The notes under the pieces: generated by a model
The model's database searches: none
What the model was told of the DNA's origin: nothing
Seen by the model: the letters and a program-made list of their open reading frames with translations, nothing else
From: an uncultured Planctomycetia bacterium
Lineage (GTDB): Bacteria; Omnitrophota; Gorgyraeia; VGKH01; JBHPFN01
Direction: 5' to 3'
Assembly: GCA_964406665.1 (NCBI GenBank)
Contig: CAYOSQ010000001.1
Coordinates: forward strand, 135,412 to 199,411
DNA length: 64,000 nucleotides
Translations under genes and position numbers: made by a program
Shown: piece after piece, positions 63,493 through 64,000 of the stretch
Layout: every line of letters starts with the position of its first letter
How positions within the stretch are numbered: the first letter of the stretch is position 1

Positions 63493-64000
63493 TTAGAGAA
63501 AAATGAATGGCTTAGAGTTTGAACAACCAATTATCGAGCTTGAGAAGAAAATTGACGAACTTAAATCTTTTGATAGCGATAAAGCTATCGATTTAACTTC
63601 AGAAATAAAAAAACTTGAGGAAAAACTTATCAAGCTTAAAAAAGAAACATATGAAAACTTAACTGCTTGGCAGAGAATTCAAATTGCCCGTCATCCGCAG
63701 AGGCCGTATACGCTTGATTATATAAATATGATTACCGCTGATTTTATAGAGCTTCATGGAGATAGGTTGTTCGGCGACGATTTGGCACTTGTTGCGGGAG
63801 TGGCCAAAATTGAAGATCAGAATATTCTAATTATGGGTCATCAGAAAGGGCGCGATACTAAAGAAAACCTGCAACGCAACTTTGGCTGCGCTCATCCCGA
63901 AGGGTACAGGAAAGCATTACGGTTTATGAAGTTAGCAGAGAAGTTTAATTTACCTATTGTAATCTTTGTGGATACGCCGGGTGCTTATCCAGGAATTGGC
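63493..64000 (+). CDS. accA: Acetyl-CoA carboxylase carboxyltransferase alpha subunit (3'-partial)
   Basis: [20 protein letters not shown]...[20 protein letters not shown]...[17 protein letters not shown] is the canonical AccA N-terminal half. Runs off the window end. Confidence 0.9.

Overview
This 64 kb window is low-GC (about 35-37%) bacterial chromosome, gene-dense and mostly on the + strand. Giant ORFs, split hyp genes and a free-living gene set suggest an Omnitrophota- or Elusimicrobia-like lineage; that is inference only. No rRNA, tRNA, CRISPR array, transposase or integrase was recognised. Housekeeping genes are well supported by motifs: hypD (5' partial), Lrp/AsnC regulator, class-I aminotransferase, era, nth, hypE, kamA-like radical SAM, an EF-G paralog, purH, folC, mnmE, folE, dgkA-like, a YifB/ComM AAA+ ATPase, a LysM L,D-transpeptidase and accA (3' partial). 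A 10 kb glycan cluster (47.5-59.8 kb) carries GDP-heptose-type genes (GHMP kinase plus nucleotidyltransferase), three NAD epimerase/dehydratases, GT2, a TPP-dependent E1 alpha/beta pair, an SDR, a GDSL hydrolase and a GT-C-like membrane protein. The main result is a dense c-di-GMP module. Two clear GEMM (c-di-GMP-I) riboswitch aptamers closely match the Vibrio Vc2 consensus. The minus-strand one (about 18440-18572, including its terminator) leads a tandemly duplicated two-gene cassette at 18419..10753: a prepilin-like N-terminus fused to Cys-rich repeats and bacterial intein-like Hint domains, followed by an 800-aa PilX-like secreted protein. The plus-strand one (about 38425-38535) leads a 2900-aa secreted giant protein with three internal 'RELVL..DSF..YNPQxHLLP' repeats, an HExxH motif and a C-terminal peptidoglycan-binding domain. 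The window also holds a PilZ receptor fused to a coiled coil and an alpha/alpha-toroid-like domain, a PAS-GGDEF-HD-GYP enzyme, and three near-identical TTGAAA-N16/17-TATACT promoters at exactly these loci. Other unusual architectures are an M1 peptidase fused to an Omp85 barrel, an EF-G paralog followed by a YchF homolog with a degenerate P-loop, and a kamA-like gene next to an ATP-grasp gene.
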